In this document: piece after piece, positions 16,294 to 29,814 of the stretch
Layout of the letters: every line of letters begins with the position of its first letter
How positions within the stretch are numbered: position 1 is the first letter of the stretch
NCBI RefSeq assembly: GCF_009914755.1
Contig: NC_060927.1
Length of the DNA: 64,000 bases
DNA from: the human T2T-CHM13v2.0 reference genome, Homo sapiens
Reading direction: 5' to 3' (one strand)
The notes under the pieces: generated by a model
Databases searched by the model: none
Seen by the model: the letters and a program-made list of their open reading frames with translations, nothing else
What the model was told of the DNA's origin: nothing
Program-made: the position numbers and the translations under genes

Positions 16294-17149
16294 TACTAGT
16301 ATCTTGGTTTACTTTTGTTGGGGTTATAGACCTTCTTTCTGGTTTTTTTTTTCTTTGGACCTTCTTTCTGAAGTACATCCTTTAGGATTTCCTTCAACAA
16401 ACGTCTTTTAGTTACAAAGTCATCTGCTTTTGTTTTTCAGAAGTGTCATATTTTATTCTCATTTTGAATAATAGTTTCACTGGGTAAAATTTTAGGTTGA
16501 TAGTTTTTCTCCCTCAGTATATTGAATACAAAGATATTAGTATGTTTGTTTGGTGTCTTCTGGCTTCATTGTTGCTACTGAAAAGTCAGTAGTCATACTA
16601 ATTGCCATTATTTTAAGATAATTTACTTTCTTTCTCTGACTATAAGATCTATTTTTCTTCAATGTTCAGTAGTTTCACTATGATGGGTCTAGGCATGAAT
16701 TTCTTTTTAATTGTCTTGCTTGAGATCCATTGGTCTTCTTAGAGAAGTAAAAGGAAGATGATATCCAGCCAACATACCCCTAAACCATAAGCTCTGAGTC
16801 AGGGCCATATCCAACCAAAGAAAATTATTATTTCTTGCACATAAATGTTTAATGAGCTGACCCAACTATGAGCTCTTGGGCTGCATCTGCTCAGTGTCTT
16901 CTTCTAATTCATCTTCTTAGAAGGAGGATCTTTTTGTAAACACACTAAGACATCGTAATGTTCCAAACTGCTAGAGGTGAGTATTCATCAATATGTATAG
17001 GGCACACAGCAGTGGTTTAGTGGTTTAGATGTCACTTTACCATTCTCTTTGCCACAAAGAATTTGTATGCAAAACTGGGTCTCTTTAGAAAGAAATAAAT
17101 ATGCATTTTTGACTTTCAGTTAAATTTGGCAAAATTAAGCCTTTTCTAT

Positions 17150-18830
17150 CCCACTCTCTCTTCTGAAGCCAAAAAAAAAAAAAATAGTAAGTAAAATAGC
17201 TCTGCCTTTGGTGAAACTAGGAAACAATAAATATCAAAATTCTCAATCTAAAAAGATCAGCTGCCAAGTGCAATGAAAGCTGAACCAAAAAGAGGGGAGC
17301 TACTGGAAAATGACTTATGTCTTTGCAGACCCATAGCAGAAAACAGGGAAATGGTCTGAAAAACTAAACCATTATGCCCTTGCTTAGAGCAGAGGGGGCT
17401 GGGAACATCCCTGTGCTATACTCTTCACGGAGTGGTTGGAGAGGAAGGGAGCTGACAAGAAGGCTCACAGACCATTATCTTTGTAGGATCTTTGGAGTCA
17501 ATGTGACAGGGTAAAAATTAGCTCTGCAAGTGCTGATATTCAACAGCTAAAATTGAAGGCAAATGCTAAATCTCTATACATGAGTTTCTAAATGAGCCAA
17601 GTAGGCCCGCTGCTCAGCCCTGGCGGAAGTATTTCCTTGGGGTATGGTAAGGTTTGTGAAAAAAATGTTCTAAGCCAGTATCTTCAATCTAAGGTGCATA
17701 CAGTTTTAGTTCACTTCTCAAATCTCTTAGCCTTGCTCTTCTTTAGAGGGTAGAAACCAGAAAAGAACAGTCTACATTCACAGATGAGCAATAATGAGAA
17801 ACAAACCACTTTAGGATCTAGCCTAGGTAATATAGGAGAAAAAGAAGAAGAAGCAGATGAAGAATAGGCATCAGAAGCTCACCATGAATTACAGGGAAAT
17901 TTTGAACAAATGATTGTCCATCATATCAACCAAATTGAAGAATCTATGGTTTTTCTAAAGCAAATGCTCAGGGAATACATGATGATATAATAGAAAGAAG
18001 TAAAAGAGAAGCTGGCAGAACTCAGGAGATATGTGAAAGTGGAAACTAAATTTTTTATAAAAATAAAAGCCATATTAGAAGGAGCAAAACCACGAACAGA
18101 CATTAATGGAAACATAGTTAAGCATGTAGAATTCAGACAGACTTGAGAAAGAAAGTTAAACCAAAAAATGTTAAAGAGTATTAGAAAAACGATAAATAAT
18201 AAAAGCCATGCATAGGAAATCCATCATGAAAATAATTTACATCTCTGAAGTGAACTGAGCAAATGAAGCAAGAAGATAATATCCAGAGATACAATGGAAG
18301 GAAACGTTCCTATTTTTTAAAAACCTCAAATCTTTAGATTGAAAAAGTTCAGAAACACTAACACTGAGCCATATCTTGGTAAAGTTACTGGCCCTGAAAT
18401 GTAAAGAAAGAATGGACATATGAAAGAAAATTAAATGACTCATAATGAAGGGAAGCAAATCAGATAACACTTTCCCACTGCAACATTCTAAGCTTGAGAA
18501 AGTGGAACAAAACTTCCAAAGTCTTCAGAGAAAGAAGACATGACCACTTGACAATGTTCACTCCAAATGACATTTACGCATATAGGCAATGACATTTTCA
18601 AACATGTAGGATCTCAAGAAATATATTAATAGTATCTATGAGCCCTTCTTGGTGGAGGTACATGGTGATAAATCCAACAACAGGACATGAATGAAAGACT
18701 TGTAATAAAAAAACTGATGGAAAACATTTAAACCATTTCAATACAAAGCCAAGGCTAGATAGCCATCCAAAATGTAGACTCTAAAGAATAATTGCCAAAG
18801 AGAATATAAACATTATGAACAATGCATATA
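17150..18830 (+). mobile_element. HAL1 / old L1 ORF1-region fossil
   Basis: A-rich ORF1-like remnants: aaatctttagattgaaaa, ccatatcttggtaaagttactg, cactgcaacattctaagc…gtggaacaaaacttccaaagtcttcagagaaag. Confidence 0.55.
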
Positions 18831-19364
18831 CTTAATCTGTCTCAGTAATTGGTTTCCATAGACATGGAAATAACACATCTTTGGATCTCACTGTTTAGAT
18901 GTTTTTTGCTTTGAGTATGTGAGTATGTAATCCTTGTTTTTTTAATCAAAGTAAATATCTTTTTGTTGTTGTTGTTTATGGAAATACTACTTACTTGGCT
19001 CCTTCTCATTTTACTGTGAGCCTGGACTTAAGGAAACTGTTCACAAGAAATCAGAGATATTATTTGTGAGTCTACTCTTTACCTAGCAGCAGTAGAATTT
19101 CCAATCTAAAGGCAGAGAAAAATAAGTGAATCAGGTTAACATTCATACCTATCTTATTGACTTAAAGGAAATTTCTAAATGCAATGCCTGGAACCTAAAA
19201 AAATGGCACTGGAATGCAAAACGTGGGACTAATAAATTTAATTTGAGGCTTAAGAGTTTTCAAATAATTCACCAAATTTCACAGTCCAGTTGGTAATGAT
19301 CTGAAGGTAAAGCCAGCCTCAGTCATGATTCTCATTTGAGGAGTCCTTCACAGAGCAAGTTCCC

Positions 19365-19570
19365 AGATCTTAGCTTATTTCATCCTCAAAACAAACATGT
19401 AAAGCAGAGAGAGAAGTTATTATCACCATTTTACATGTTTAAAAAAAAAAATCAGACACTCCAAGTGGTTAAGTGACTTACCCAAGGTTATTCAGCTAAA
19501 TCAGTCATAATGGCTATGAGAAGTTGAGTGGGAATTTGGGGCTTTAAGAGACACATCTTGAGCCCTCAGC
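19365..19570 (-). mobile_element. MIR SINE
   Basis: tttcatcctcaaaacaa…tattatcaccattttaca…gtggttaagtgacttacccaaggt. Confidence 0.7.
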
Positions 19571-20939
19571 TGAACAATACTGATTAAATTCCAAGCAAAT
19601 GTCATCAGATGAAATTTGGTTATCTTTACATCTGGGAAATTGTTAGAGGAAAACATCTGGATCAGACAGGAAATTCCAAGAAAATCCCAAGAGTGTAAGT
19701 GTGGGAGTTTATTGTAAACTTCCCAATGCTCAATGAAATTTTTCTTCTTTAAGTGTGTTAGAGACAAAGTCAGTGCATCATGGGAATTGCCCAAAGGAAA
19801 TCAGCTCCATGGAAAAAAACGTGTTCTAGAGACATAAAATTGATGCTGCTCTGTTAACAGACGCCAATGACTCTTCTGAGACTTAAATCATGGAACATTC
19901 AACATGACTCAGGGACATTCCGGGGACCAGCTAATGAGACTCCCAAGATACCTGCTTTCTGTTCAGCCTACACCACCCAGAGGAAGCTGGCTAATGTGAG
20001 TGAGAGTTGCTGAAGTGTTCTGGGTAGTTAGGCCAGGGTAACAAGGAGCTCCCTTAAAAAAAAAGAACTCAAGAAAGAATTCATAGATGTGGCTGCTGTG
20101 CCACAGTCTCCATTCTAATATGGACTCTGTGGACAAGACCACCATGAATCACAGCTGATGCCTGCCATGCTGATCTAGAGATGAAGGCCCACGATCGCTT
20201 AGGTTCCTACTTCCCTTGTTGAAAGCCAGAGATAGGGCTTTCTGCCCTGGTTAAGAACTTGCTTTATGCCATGAAAAGAAACAGTAATTTTTGGCTTATT
20301 TAAAAGAATAAAAAATGTTAAAGAAATTGATGGCCACTCATGGCCATAGCCTCCTTGAGCTTTGGCCAGGAATTAGGCTGTAGCTCTCCTCTCCCTGGTT
20401 GCTCCTCAGGCCTCAAGAGATCTTTCAGAGGAATCCATCTCAGTCCCCGCCAGTTCTGGGGAGGGCTTTCTGAGCATGGGTCTAGTTAAGATCCTGGGTG
20501 ACTCTTTTGATTTCCACAAGATTTGCATCCTTCCCAGAAGCTGCATGGAAATAAGCCACAGAAAGAGCAGGTCATAAAAAATGTCTCAAAACTCTTTACC
20601 TCACCAGCCAGACCAGCAGTCTCTAAAGGGCCCTATGCTTCTGAGAATTTTCTCACAACCAATATAATACTTACCTAGGTTCTTATGATTATTTCATTTC
20701 TGAGCCATCTGGAACAAGAATTCAGAAACCTGAGAGAATAAGAAAGAAATGTCAAATAAAAATGAATAATAAAAAGGTCATATTCAATTACCATATTCGA
20801 TGTGTTTCTTTTTTCCAATTAAAATTTTCTTCTCCAGGCTTTTGAAAGTAACCAAAAAACCCTAAAGAAAATATATGAAATGATCTCAAACCTAAAATTC
20901 AGAATAGGAAGAAATGGTGTGTTAACCAGAAATTTTGCA

Positions 20940-22500
20940 GCCACAATTTTTATACCTTCTTCTCTCTCAGTCCCTGCATCTAATCCACCTTCAGGTCCTG
21001 ACAATTTTACCTCCAAAACGGCCTTCAAATTCATCTACATCTTTCCAACTCAACTACCTCTGCCCTAGTCCAAGCTATCATCACATTTGGTCTTGACCAC
21101 TGCCACAATCTCCTAACCCAAATCCCTGTTTGGATTCCTGCTGCATCCACAAATAGATATTCCACACCAAAAGCCAGAGAGGATTACTTAGAATGCAGAT
21201 GTGATCATTTTATGCTCTTGGAAAAGTCTACAATGGCCAATAAAATTTTGAAAAGATGCTCCCCTGTTCACTCATTAGGAAAATGAAAATTAAAACCCCA
21301 GTGATATATCTCTACAAAACAACCAGAATAGCTAAAAAATTAAAATTTTTCAGTGCAGAATATCAAGTGTAGGTGAGTGTGAGAAGAGATTGGAACTCTC
21401 ATACCTTGTTAGTGAGAATGTGAAATGGTATCATCATTTTGGAAAATGATTCTATAATATCTGCTAAAGCTGCATATACAACCATCCTGTGACCCTGCAA
21501 TTATACCATTAAGCATATTCATCCAACAGAAATGCATATTTATCAAGACATGTTCATAAATGTTCAGAGCAGCACAATTCATAACAGCCCACAACTGAGA
21601 ACATCCCAAATGCTTATTCACAACCCAATTGTGTATTCATATCATGAGAATGGACAATCTACAACTACTACAGACAAATTTCATAGACATTACTTTGAGT
21701 GAAAGAGGCCAGATAACAGATAATTCCATATACATAAAATAGAAAAACAGGCAAACAAATATATGTTGTGCAAAGTCAAAATAGTGCTTACTGGACGGGT
21801 GTGGACTGGCAGGGGGTACAAAGTGAGTCCTTCTTGGCTTCTGATAATATTCCGTTTCTTGGTCTGGGTGCTGTTTATGTGGATATTCAGTTTGTGGAAA
21901 TTCAGTAAACTATGCACTTATCATATGTGCATTTTTCTGTATATGTTTATAGCTAAATTGAAAGTGTTTAAATTACTCAATGACTTCCCATTAAGGTAAA
22001 ATACAAAATCATTAACATGGGCTACAAGACTGTAAAATCATCTAGCACCTGCCCTTAACTCCATACTTCTTCTGAGCTGCTAACCCCCTTGCTTAATAAC
22101 TCCAGCCACATTGTCCATGAATCAGTTCCCTAAATATACCTCATTCCTTCCCATCTCAGGGCCTTTGTACCTGCTGTCCCCTGGCCTAAAACAGCAGCTG
22201 GCAAACTATGGCCCACAGGGCATTTCTGCCAATCCTGCCTGCCATTTGTTTCTGTAAGTAAAGTTTTACTGGAATCCAGCCATGTCCATTCACTTCTATA
22301 TTGTCTACAGTTGCTTTGGTACTATAACAGCCACAGAGATCATATGGTTCACAGAATGAAAATATTTGCTATCTGGCCCATTATAGAAAAGCCTTGCCAA
22401 CCCCTGGCCTAGAACATTCTCACATGCCTGCTCTACCCCCATCTGTCTAACTCCTACTCACTTTTCAGAATTGAGAAAAAACAAACATGTCCTTTGTTGA
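20940..22500 (+). mobile_element. LINE-2 fragment interrupted by an L1ME 3' end (~21236-21965) and MER58A
   Basis: L2: gccctagtccaagctatcatcac…; resumes caatgacttcccatt…ctcagggcctttgtacctgctgtccc. L1ME: cattagggaaaatgaaaattaaaacc…ggaactctcatac…ttcataacagccc. Confidence 0.7.
22192..22406 (+). mobile_element. MER58A hAT MITE, complete, with 8-bp TSD gcctaaaa/gcctagaa
   Basis: TIRs cagcagctggcaaact…ttgccaacccctg; internal taaagttttactggaa; 8-bp TSD typical of hAT elements. Confidence 0.85.
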
Positions 22501-23259
22501 AAGAAGCCTAAGTCCGTATGTTGATTGTACACTCCTGGACTTTTCTTCTAGGGCTCTCCCCTGCTTCAGATCAGCAGAGCAATGGCTTTCCTTGCTCTTC
22601 GAGTGAAATGCAAAATTCCCCACAGCCTACGAGCCTCTGCATGATTTGGTCTACTGTGTACCTCTTGGCCTTTTCTCCTACACTTGCTCTGATCTGATAA
22701 CTATAGCCTCATTCTAAGACCTGGTTAAGTTCTTCTGAGCCTCAGAGACTTTGCCATGCTGCACCATATGCCTCAAATGCTCTTTCCCAGTTCCTCATCC
22801 AGCCAGCATTTGCTCACTCTTCACATGTCAGCTAAAAGATGGCTTAATAAAAAAGAGGCCACTCCCATAGAGGGTTACCACAGCCAAGTGCTGGAGGCTC
22901 CTCCCTCAGCTTGGGTTCCTGAGGCTGCTTCTTCTTTCAAAGAGAGACTCTTCTTGACCCTGCCCACACCCACCCCTGCATCTTGCTTCCACTTTTCCTT
23001 CCACAGAGGCTGCCCACTTCTCAGACACCACAACCCCCTCATAGAGCCCACCACAGGCTCCTCAGAATGGACCTCTCCCCTCACTGTCTCCCAGTTGATG
23101 ACTGTTACAGACATAGCTCCCATAATATCCTGCCATCTGCCTTTTGCCCTCTGCCCTCTGCCCTACTCAGAACTGGTGCTGCCTCTCACTGGGAAGGGAA
23201 TAGTCAGGTCCAGGAGAAGTCTCAAATCTTCATGGTGCTTCAGGCATAGAGATGAGTCA

Positions 23260-23886
23260 CCCAGAGCCCCCACCAATGCAGGATTTGTTGCCTCCAGCTG
23301 CCAGTTCCTTCAGGATCAGGCTCAACTGCAGAAAGCCACCTTGGTGGAAGTCATGCCCTTCTGGGGGCAGCCCACATCAGAGACTGAGTGAGGTGGGGGC
23401 AGTAAGGCCCAGGCATTTCAGCACATGTGGAGATAGCTCTTCTTGCTCCAGAACACCCTGCCATGTAGGGCAAGGCCTTGTCAGGCCTGCATTGTAATTT
23501 TTTTGTTTTGTTTTGTTGAAATGGGGTCTCACTCCCATCTGGAGTGCAGTGGCATAATCTCAGCTCACTGCAGGCTCAACTTCCTGGGCTCAGGTGATCC
23601 TCCCACCTCAGCCTCCAGAGTAGCTGAGACTACTAGTGATGGGGTTTCACCATGTTGCCCAAGCTGGTGTTGAACTTCTGGGCTCAAGCAATCTGCCTGT
23701 CTAGGCCTCCCAAAGTGCTGGGCTTACAAGCATGAGCACTGTGCCTAGCCTGCATTGCAGTTTGACTTCTCTGTCTTCCCAATCTTGTTTCCTGTCCCTT
23801 CCCTTTACATATTTTGACTCCTAATAAACACCATGAACCCTGCATTCTGTCTCAGCATCTGCTTCTAGAGAACCCAACCTGCAACA
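23260..23886 (+). mobile_element. LTR16-family ERVL solo LTR containing an AluJ insertion
   Basis: gtcatgcccttctgggggcagcccacatc…ctcctaataaac…ctgcttctagagaacccaacctgcaaca. The 5' boundary is uncertain. Confidence 0.7.
23498..23747 (-). mobile_element. AluJ with internal deletion, TSD gcctgcattg(t/c)a(a/g)ttt
   Basis: ctggagtgcagtggc…ctcccacctcagcctcc…ctcccaaagtgctggg; TSD copies at ~23485 and ~23748. Confidence 0.85.
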
Positions 23887-23909
23887 TTTATTTTGTATTA
23901 TTATGGATT

Positions 23910-24110
23910 CAACACAGAATTTGGAGTCAGACAGGCCTGGGCTGGAATCCTAGCACTGGTGCTCACCAACTTGGTGGCCTTGGGAAAGTAATTTGAACTC
24001 CTAGCTTCCTAGCCTCTGGCTCAGGAAGTCTCCTCATCAAATGGAGATGAAAATATCTTTATTGCAGAGTTTTAGGATTAGTTGAAGTAATGTTATATGT
24101 CAGCATGTTA
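23910..24110 (+). mobile_element. MIR SINE
   Basis: tttggagtcagacaggcctgggctggaatcctagc…ggccttgggaaagtaatttgaactc. Confidence 0.75.
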
Positions 24111-24444
24111 AAATGGAAGTTGGGAATGAGTGCCCAAGCTATGAAATGGAATTGAGGGACAGACCACCCCTTTCAAAGTAGATATCCCACAGTGGAACAC
24201 ATGACCTTTGTAAGTCCTCACCTACTTCAATTTATAAACAGTATGATTGAGGAGTATGTCTTAGAGAGTGGTTTTGAAACTCATATCTGGCTCCTGGAGG
24301 TAAAGGTGAATTGCAATTTTTACTTTGCTTCAAGACAAGAAAGAGGACTTCAGAAAGCTGACTATCCTAAAATTAGGGAGATACAATGGGCTCTTATCTG
24401 ATTCCCACCAGGGAAATCAAAAGGGCAGGACACAGGCTGAATGG

Positions 24445-25090
24445 AGATGATTTAGCCATTCCACAATGTGTACATATATCAAAACATCATGTTGTACATC
24501 AGAAATATACATAACTTTTGCCCATTACAAATTAAAGAAAAAACACAATATTGAGCAAAATAAGTCAGATGCAAACTATTTTACACCATATGATTACATT
24601 TATATAAAGAACAAAAACAGGCAAAAGAAACATAAGTTAGAAGTCATGGTAGTATTTACCCTTGGGGACATTGTGACTAACAGAAGGCAAAAAGGTGGAT
24701 TCTAGGTGCTTGTCACGTTCTGATTCTTGATCTGGGGTGCTGGTTACAGGAAGTGCTCAGTTTGTGGAACTTCACTGAGTTGTCCTCTTATGTTCACTTC
24801 TCTGTATGGTAAATTCAAAATAGCCCCATTTCTTTACATAAGCAAAAATCAATCAGATAATCTTGTAGGGGATAAAATACCATTCATACTAGCAACAGAA
24901 ACACTCAAGAGTCAGAGTTAACAACAAGGAATGACCACGTTACCTGCAGAGAAAATTTTACACTGCTATGAAGAACATAAAAGAAGTATCTAAAAGGAGA
25001 GCTACGCAATCTTCATCGCTAGGGTAACTTAACATGGCAAAGCTGCCAATTCTTACCCAATAATGTATAAATCCAATAAAATACTTAGAA
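24445..25090 (+). mobile_element. Concatenated L1MA 3' end, L1ME 3'UTR and L1 ORF2 fragments
   Basis: gatttagccattccacaatgtgtacatatatcaaaacatcatgttgtac (L1MA terminus); ttgatctggggtgctggttaca (L1ME); taccattcatactagcaaca (ORF2). Confidence 0.65.
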
Positions 25091-25117
25091 GAGTGATTCT
25101 CAAAGAGGGTTCCAGAC

Positions 25118-25303
25118 CAGCAGTTCTCAAATTTTGGTGTACATCAGAATCATCAGGAGGGTTTATAAAAACAGATTCCTAGGTCTCCCCCAGAGTTCTG
25201 ATGCAGAATTCCTCAGGATGAGGCTGAGGCTTGGCATTTACACCAAGTTTCCAGGTGATGTTGATGCTACTGGTTCAGCACTTAGACACTGTGAGAACCA
25301 CTG
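25118..25303 (+). mobile_element. MER5A hAT MITE
   Basis: cagcagttctcaaattttggtgtacatcagaatca…caagtttccaggtgatgttgatgct…tgagaaccactg. Confidence 0.85.
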
Positions 25304-25519
25304 CACTGGAATCAAGTCCCTCCTCCTCACCCTGTAGAAAACTCACCTCCCACAGACACACTGACACTTCATGCTTTATTACAGGACCTGCACTCCATGA
25401 ACTTAAAGTAAAACAAGTTTTGCCCTTATCAAAATGTTAATTTGTCCAGGATGGTGAGAAGGATTAGCTGTTGCCAGCTTTTCATCAGTCCTTTGAAAGG
25501 AGTTGTTGACACTGCTCAG

Positions 25520-26400
25520 GGCCACCTTCTCTACTCCAAGTTACTCTTCAACCCAATGGCTTCTGCTCTTCTGCTAAAACAATTCCTGCTAAGTGTTTCA
25601 AGACCTTCTAACTGTTGAACCCAGTGGGAATGTTCCAATCACTGTGCCTCATACACTCCTACATTTGGCACAGGTGACCCCTCTCAACTCCTAAAATCCC
25701 TCCATACCCTTGACATTTGTAGGTACCTGCCTTTCTAGCCATTCTTTCTTCACCTCCTTCACAGAATTTATTTCCTTGTCCATCCTTTAAGTGTTGCTTG
25801 CTCCATGGCTCTATCCCGCAGTCATGCTCCTCAGGCCACCTTCTCATGCCCTTACCTGCATCCCATCCCTTCCCCCAAGCTGGATACTCATCCTTCAGCT
25901 TATCACCCATAGGGTCTCCATCTAGTTGTCACACAAGCATCTCAAATCTAACATGCTTCTTCTCCAGTGCTCCCTGGCTCAGTGAATGGAACCAATATCA
26001 ACTCAATTGCCTAAATCAAAAATTTGGGAGTCAGTTTTGATGCCTCCCTCTTCCTTAGCCCCCATAGCCTATGAATTGCTCACTTGTGGGCCTTTGCTTA
26101 TATGGTCCTCGATAAGGAATGCTCTTCCCCTTCGCCTCAGACTTCTCACAAGTCACTCTGACTCATTTTTTTTAAGAGACAGGATCTCACTATGTTGCCG
26201 AGGTTGGATTCAAACTCCTGTGCTCAAATTATCCTCCCATCCCAGTCTCTCAAGTAGCTGGGACTGCAGGTGCATAGCACTGTGCCCAGCTCCACTCTGA
26301 CTCATTCGTTAAGATTCAACCTAATCATCTCCTCCTCGTGAAGCCCTTCCTAACACCTCCTACTAGGCAGCCAGAATTCCATAATCCCCAATCCTTACAA
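25520..26400 (+). mobile_element. LINE-2 fragments
   Basis: cttcaacccaatggcttctgc, cacaagcatctcaaatctaacatg, tctcctcctcgtgaagcccttcct. Confidence 0.6.
26168..26292 (-). mobile_element. Alu left monomer (FLAM-like) with 14-bp TSD CACTCTGACTCATT
   Basis: agagacaggatctcactatgttgcc…gtagctgggactgcaggtgc…ctgtgcccagc; identical TSDs at 26154 and 26293. Confidence 0.88.
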
Positions 26401-27019
26401 CGTCTGTGTATTTGCCACAGTGTGGCAGTTAGTGCAGAGTCCTAATTAGGGAAAAGGGAGCAGGGGAAAGGGAAAGGGAAAAGGGAGCAGGCTAGAGGGA
26501 GCAGGGGAAAGCAGGAAAGAGAAAGCAGATAAGGGGCAAGTCTGCCTTTCTTCAATGTCCTGGATATGCAGCCCTCCTGCACACAACTTGCCACCAGGCA
26601 CCTGCAAATTATCCATTGCAACCTTGGCATCATCGGTACTGCACAAAGCCCTCTTCAGCACACAGCATAAACACTCTTCTAGAAAATCCCCAGCAAGCTT
26701 TTGTTTCCTGGCAGTCCACTCCTCTTCTGCTGATTCTGCCCATTGCCTCATCACAACAAAGTATTTTCTACTGTCTCTCACAAATCTGCCGTTCTTTATC
26801 CACAACTGTCTTGGTAAATTTTTTTACCCCCGCTCCACCAGCCCAAATAGTTGTTGCTCCCTTGCAACAGTTAGCTCTTTGTATATCTGTTTCCCATAGT
26901 TCTTTTATGTCTTTTCATTTAACAAATACTTATAGACCTCCTTCTATATGGCTGGCACTGATCTAGCCCCTTAGGAGTCATCAGTGAACAGAACAGTGAA
27001 TATCTCTGCCTCCATGGAC

Positions 27020-27506
27020 TGCAAAGCTGGCTCACTGTGCACTGGTTACCACTTTAGCCCACTGCATCTTGGGCTGCAATTTCTACTACTTGCTTGAGTC
27101 CAGTGAGACAGAACACTCATGCAAGTTAAGTGAAGCAACGTTTTTACTCACAGATAGACAGCAAGAAAGAGTAAAAGCCTAGAATTCATAGCAAGTCAGT
27201 TCCCAAGGCTCAGAAAAGCTGTCCTGAGTGGATGGAATCCTGTCTTCACGTGCCCCACTTGCCCAACAGCTGAAGGGCCGGGAAAGCAGTCCTCCTGGGT
27301 TTTATACCCTGGGAACAACATGATATGCTGGGCTAAGGCATTGAAGGACACCTTGTTCTAGGAGGGACAAGATCAGAGCCCAGAGTATTCTGGCCACTTC
27401 CTCCTTATTTCAAGATGTTATATTTCCAGCACATGCCAGTTATTCTTGAGAACTGCAAGTGAGAAAGGAGGAAGAACTAGATCAGTCCAAGGAGAACTGT
27501 ACTGCA
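27020..27506 (-). mobile_element. LTR47-like ERVL solo LTR inserted in an L2 3' end, 5-bp TSD tggac/tggtc
   Basis: TG…CA termini; gagtccagtgagacagaacac, gggttttataccc (TATA on -), gttattcttgagaact. The flanks rejoin as L2 …ctgcctccatgg|…cttacattctag. Confidence 0.8.
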
Positions 27507-28464
27507 TGGTCCTTACATTCTAGAGCATCTGTGTCCCCAGGATTTAGCCAGGGTATGGAATACATTCAATAAACACTCCTTGAATGAATATACTTACATT
27601 GCAGTGTGGATGAGACAATTATAGTCTTTTTCCAGAGCACACTTTAAAAAAGAGAAGTAAGAGCAAAAATGGAGGGAGGCAGAAGAGGGCAGATCCAGGG
27701 CATAGCCAGAGGAGGAAGGGAGATGGCTCCCACCTGGATCCAGACAACAGTTTCCAAACTAAAACCTGGAAAGCTTAAGAAATAACTCGCCTGCAGGCTC
27801 AGTTCCCTGCACCATCTGCATTGATTTGTAGAGGGGCCCTTCTAGATCAGCCTGGGAATCTTCTTCTCCCACAGGGGGAGCTCAAGACCTGCTGACCAAG
27901 AGGCATCTCCCCAGGCTACGGATGCCTTGGTACCCATAGGGATACCCATAGCTCAAGGGAGGGGGAGTGATAGGCAGACCCTGAGCACCACCACCCCCAC
28001 CCCGCCAGCCAAGCAACAGGGCCGGTGTCAGTCCCCAGGAAGCAAGAGACCTATAAGGGGCCTAGGGATCCTAGGGGATGAGGATAATGGAGATGCACTT
28101 CTATTATTAAACAGCAAACGACTATATTGATCAGGATACTTCAATCTAAAAAGATGGCTCCTAGAAAGGGAAGATGTTGAAGCAAAGGAAGCAGCAGGGT
28201 CCTTTCTTAATGTCACTTTCTGACATGGTTTAGTGATTTCACAGCATTCAGGCCTACATATCAGTCCCTGACCATATTAATCTTCCTCAGCGGTGATCTC
28301 CCATAGCATGGGGAACACCTCTCCATCACTGTCTTGGTTCTGCCCAGCACCCCTTGTTAATAAGGCAGGCTGGGAATGGGGAGGTACATATGAGCGACAG
28401 CCAGGCTAGGCTCCACTAATGACTAGGTCTCAGTTTCTTCTTCTCTAATTTCATCAACATCGTC

Positions 28465-28700
28465 ATCATTCAGTACTCGCTATGTGCCAGGCATTGTTGA
28501 AAGTACTCTATATATCTAACTCACTTAATCCTCACAACAACCCTAGGAAGTACACACTAGCACGATTCCCATTTTACAAAGAAGGAAGCACAGAGAGGCT
28601 AAGTAACTCACTCAACTCACATAGCTCACACAAGAGTGTGCAGTGAAGCCTGAATGTGAAATCAGAGCACTGGCCTCAAAGTCTGTGCTCTTAGCAAATG
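28465..28700 (-). mobile_element. MIR SINE
   Basis: ctatgtgccaggcattgtt…taactcacttaatcctcacaacaaccct…cccattttacaaagaaggaagcacagagagg. Confidence 0.85.
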
Positions 28701-28984
28701 GATTCAATCTTGCTTGAAACACTGATTAACATGTGGTGCTACTGAGAAGGATTCTGAACCTTCTCAGGAGCACTCAGTAGGAAAAGTGCCATAGCTGATT
28801 AGCAATGTCTGCAATGGTGATGTAGATGCTGTCTTTTTTATTCTTGTATTATATAATGGCAAAGACACTCTCCCTCACCAAACTTTAGTTAGTCTCTTCT
28901 GAGACATCTTTTCAACTAGGCCCTTTGCCTTGGCCCCATCCTGTCTTTGGCCTGCCTAGCCCACTCTTAGGAATAATCAGCATT

Positions 28985-29720
<736 letters not shown>

Positions 29721-29778
29721 TGGGTGTAAAGTTTTGGCTCAGCTCTTTCTTCTCTGGCCTCAGTTTCTCAGCTGTAAA

Positions 29779-29779
29779 G

Positions 29780-29814
<35 letters not shown>
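29779..29814 (+). repeat. (TG)n microsatellite inside a MIR remnant
   Basis: Directly visible after ggcctcagtttctcagctgtaaa. Confidence 0.9.

Noticed and set aside
15845-16378. 177-aa ORF rich in IYLS repeats
   Set aside because: Translation of the (TATC)n microsatellite.
22756-23391. 211-aa + strand ORF
   Set aside because: No recognisable domain; it runs across L2/LTR16-derived sequence and has no splice context.
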